A stretch of 64,000 nt of DNA, taken from assembly GCF_964204645.1 (NCBI RefSeq), contig NW_027437452.1, forward strand, positions 1 to 64,000. The letters run 5' to 3'. This document shows positions 62,649 to 64,000 of this stretch, piece by piece. The position numbers were made by a program, and so were the translations under genes. The notes beneath the pieces are model-generated. The model was not told the DNA's origin. It did no database searches and saw only the letters and a program-made list of their open reading frames with translations. Source of the DNA: Tubulanus polymorphus (lineage: Eukaryota > Animalia > Nemertea). The first letter of the stretch is position 1. Each line of letters begins with the position of its first letter.

Positions 62649-64000
62649 GGCGCTTCCATGCGAAATCGACGAAACTGGAACCGAGAAAGTAGGTCGGGTA
62701 AAATGTTATATTTTCCGGGTATATGTTCGCTAATGAAAACGATGTTAAATTTCAAACAAACAGAGACCATCTTGCGTACGAGGGTCATCATAGCCTTGTC
62801 CCGTGAAGATTGTTTATTAATAACGTGGACCACCGATTGGTTATCGGAATTAAAACATATAGTCTTATTTTTCCAATGTGCCCCCCAGATTGATAGTGCG
62901 GCAACGATTGGGTATAGTTCAAGGACCGCGATCGAACAAGACTTCCAGCTTAAAGGCCACGAACCGTGGAACCAGTGGGTGCCGTAAACGGCACCGTAAC
63001 CAAAAGCACCGGCGGAATCAGTGTACAAATTCAAACGATCGTTAGTGAGCTTACGCTCATCGATGAAAAATGATCGACCGTTAAAATTTGAAAGGAAGAC
63101 GTTCCAGACCCGGAGATCATTCTTCGCGCTCGCCGTCAGTGAAATGTGCAACGAACGGTGAGGCACGCCCACGGTGAGGTCGATCAGCCTCCTGAGAAAC
63201 GGTCGTCCCGGTACGATGACTGAGCAGGCAAAATTCAACGTCCCTAGTAGTGACTGTAACTCTCGCAAAGTCACTTTCCGTTTAGACAGGAATGTTTCCA
63301 CCAGGGCCATGCATTTTGCCAATTTATCTTCCGGCAAACGTGCCTCGTGCAAAATAGTATCGAGCATGATGCCGGCAAACGGTAGGATTTGCGACGGGCG
63401 AAAAGTTTTGACTTCCTTTATGGGTACGCCGAGCTGTTCGCATAGGTCAAGAAAATTTATCAGATCGCGGTCGCACTTAGATTTGCCCTTAGCAATAATC
63501 AAAAAATCATCTAAAATATGTACAATGTGGGAAATCCCGAGCTTATTAATCGCAATCCATTTAATACACGACGAGAACCGGTCAAAAATCGCGCAGGAGC
63601 TGGCTGCGCCCATGGGCAGAACAGCGTCGACGTAAAAAAGACCGTCTAAAGTGAAACCCAACAGTGGTTGGTCTAACTTATGTATAGGGATTATCCTGAA
63701 AGCCGACTCTATGTCGGTCTTTGCTAGGAAAACATCGTCACCAAGGGACTTGATGATTTTAATCGCATCCTGGATTGTCGAGTATTTAATGGTGGATGCC
63801 TCCTCGGGAATAAAATCGTTTATCGACGAGCCTTCCGGGTACGATAGATGATGAATAACCCTAAAACCCCCGGAGCTTTTAGGAACTACCCCTAGGGGTG
63901 AAACGTGAATTGGGGTACCGTCCGGCATGAATGGAGTCTGAAAAGGGCCCAGAACTCTACCCGTTGCAAGCTCTTTGTTGACTCTTTCGCGTATCACGTC
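62582..64000 (-). CDS. Reverse transcriptase-RNase H, 5'-truncated by the window edge
   Basis: SPLGVVPK, FRVIHHLS, KTDIESAFRIIP, LPMG, HILDDFL; RNase H motifs YTDSAG, LELYPI, SDNQSV, HIPGKYNILPDLLSR; uninterrupted for at least 471 aa. Confidence 0.96.
   Translation of the reverse strand, partial: DVIRERVNKELATGRVLGPFQTPFMPDGTPIHVSPLGVVPKSSGGFRVIHHLSYPEGSSINDFIPEEASTIKYSTIQDAIKIIKSLGDDVFLAKTDIESAFRIIPIHKLDQPLLGFTLDGLFYVDAVLPMGAASSCAIFDRFSSCIKWIAINKLGISHIVHILDDFLIIAKGKSKCDRDLINFLDLCEQLGVPIKEVKTFRPSQILPFAGIMLDTILHEARLPEDKLAKCMALVETFLSKRKVTLRELQSLLGTLNFACSVIVPGRPFLRRLIDLTVGVPHRSLHISLTASAKNDLRVWNVFLSNFNGRSFFIDERKLTNDRLNLYTDSAGAFGYGAVYGTHWFHGSWPLSWKSCSIAVLELYPIVAALSIWGAHWKNKTICFNSDNQSVVHVINKQSSRDKAMMTLVRKMVSVCLKFNIVFISEHIPGKYNILPDLLSRFQFRRFRMEAPWADPQPTPVPQSWLPANINLL

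Larger units (their letters stand above)
60634..64000 (-). mobile_element. Tyrosine-recombinase retrotransposon (DIRS order, Ngaro-like), 3' portion; 5' part lies beyond the window
   Basis: RT-RNase H ORF overlapped by a YR ORF, then repeat-spacer-repeat matching the B1-A2-B2 end of split direct repeats; no methyltransferase-like domain between RNase H and YR, which favours Ngaro over DIRS1/PAT. Confidence 0.92.

Noticed and set aside
61134-63851. Small ORFs in the A/B repeats and plus-strand ORFs opposite RT and YR
   Set aside because: No recognisable motifs; explained as antisense shadows or chance ORFs.
62582-63997. ILDD instead of YxDD as a sign of an inactive RT
   Set aside because: Both catalytic aspartates and all other motifs are intact, and this position varies among YR-retrotransposon RTs.

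Overview
Eukaryotic (most likely invertebrate animal) heterochromatic, possibly centromeric or pericentromeric, DNA with no host genes. About 56 kb is one CpG-rich tandem satellite family in two sharply separated domains. Subfamily A (1-~41,040) is a mosaic of 118-bp and 128-bp monomers with kb-scale block duplications. Subfamily B (~41,040-60,637) has only ~118-bp monomers, is highly homogeneous, is about 90% identical to A and shows higher-order repeats. Three different retroelements interrupt the array: (1) a 194-bp minus-strand fragment resembling the 3' end of a non-LTR retrotransposon (1,405-1,598); (2) a 4.6-kb BEL/Pao LTR retrotransposon (27,508-32,145) with 242-bp LTRs, a CGAAA target-site duplication (TSD) and a tRNA-His primer-binding site, which keeps gag-protease open but has lost the RT and RNase H cores; (3) the 3' part of a young Ngaro-type tyrosine-recombinase (YR) retrotransposon on the minus strand (60,634 to beyond 64,000) with open RT-RNase H and YR ORFs and split direct repeats. 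The most unusual signal is in the 385-bp terminal repeat of the YR element: four hairpins on a ~65-bp lattice with a near-invariant 9-nt loop (GCCCCWGCT), covarying stems and unrelated spacers. The many short ORFs in the satellite are artefacts. All alignments and counts were done by eye; no searches were run.
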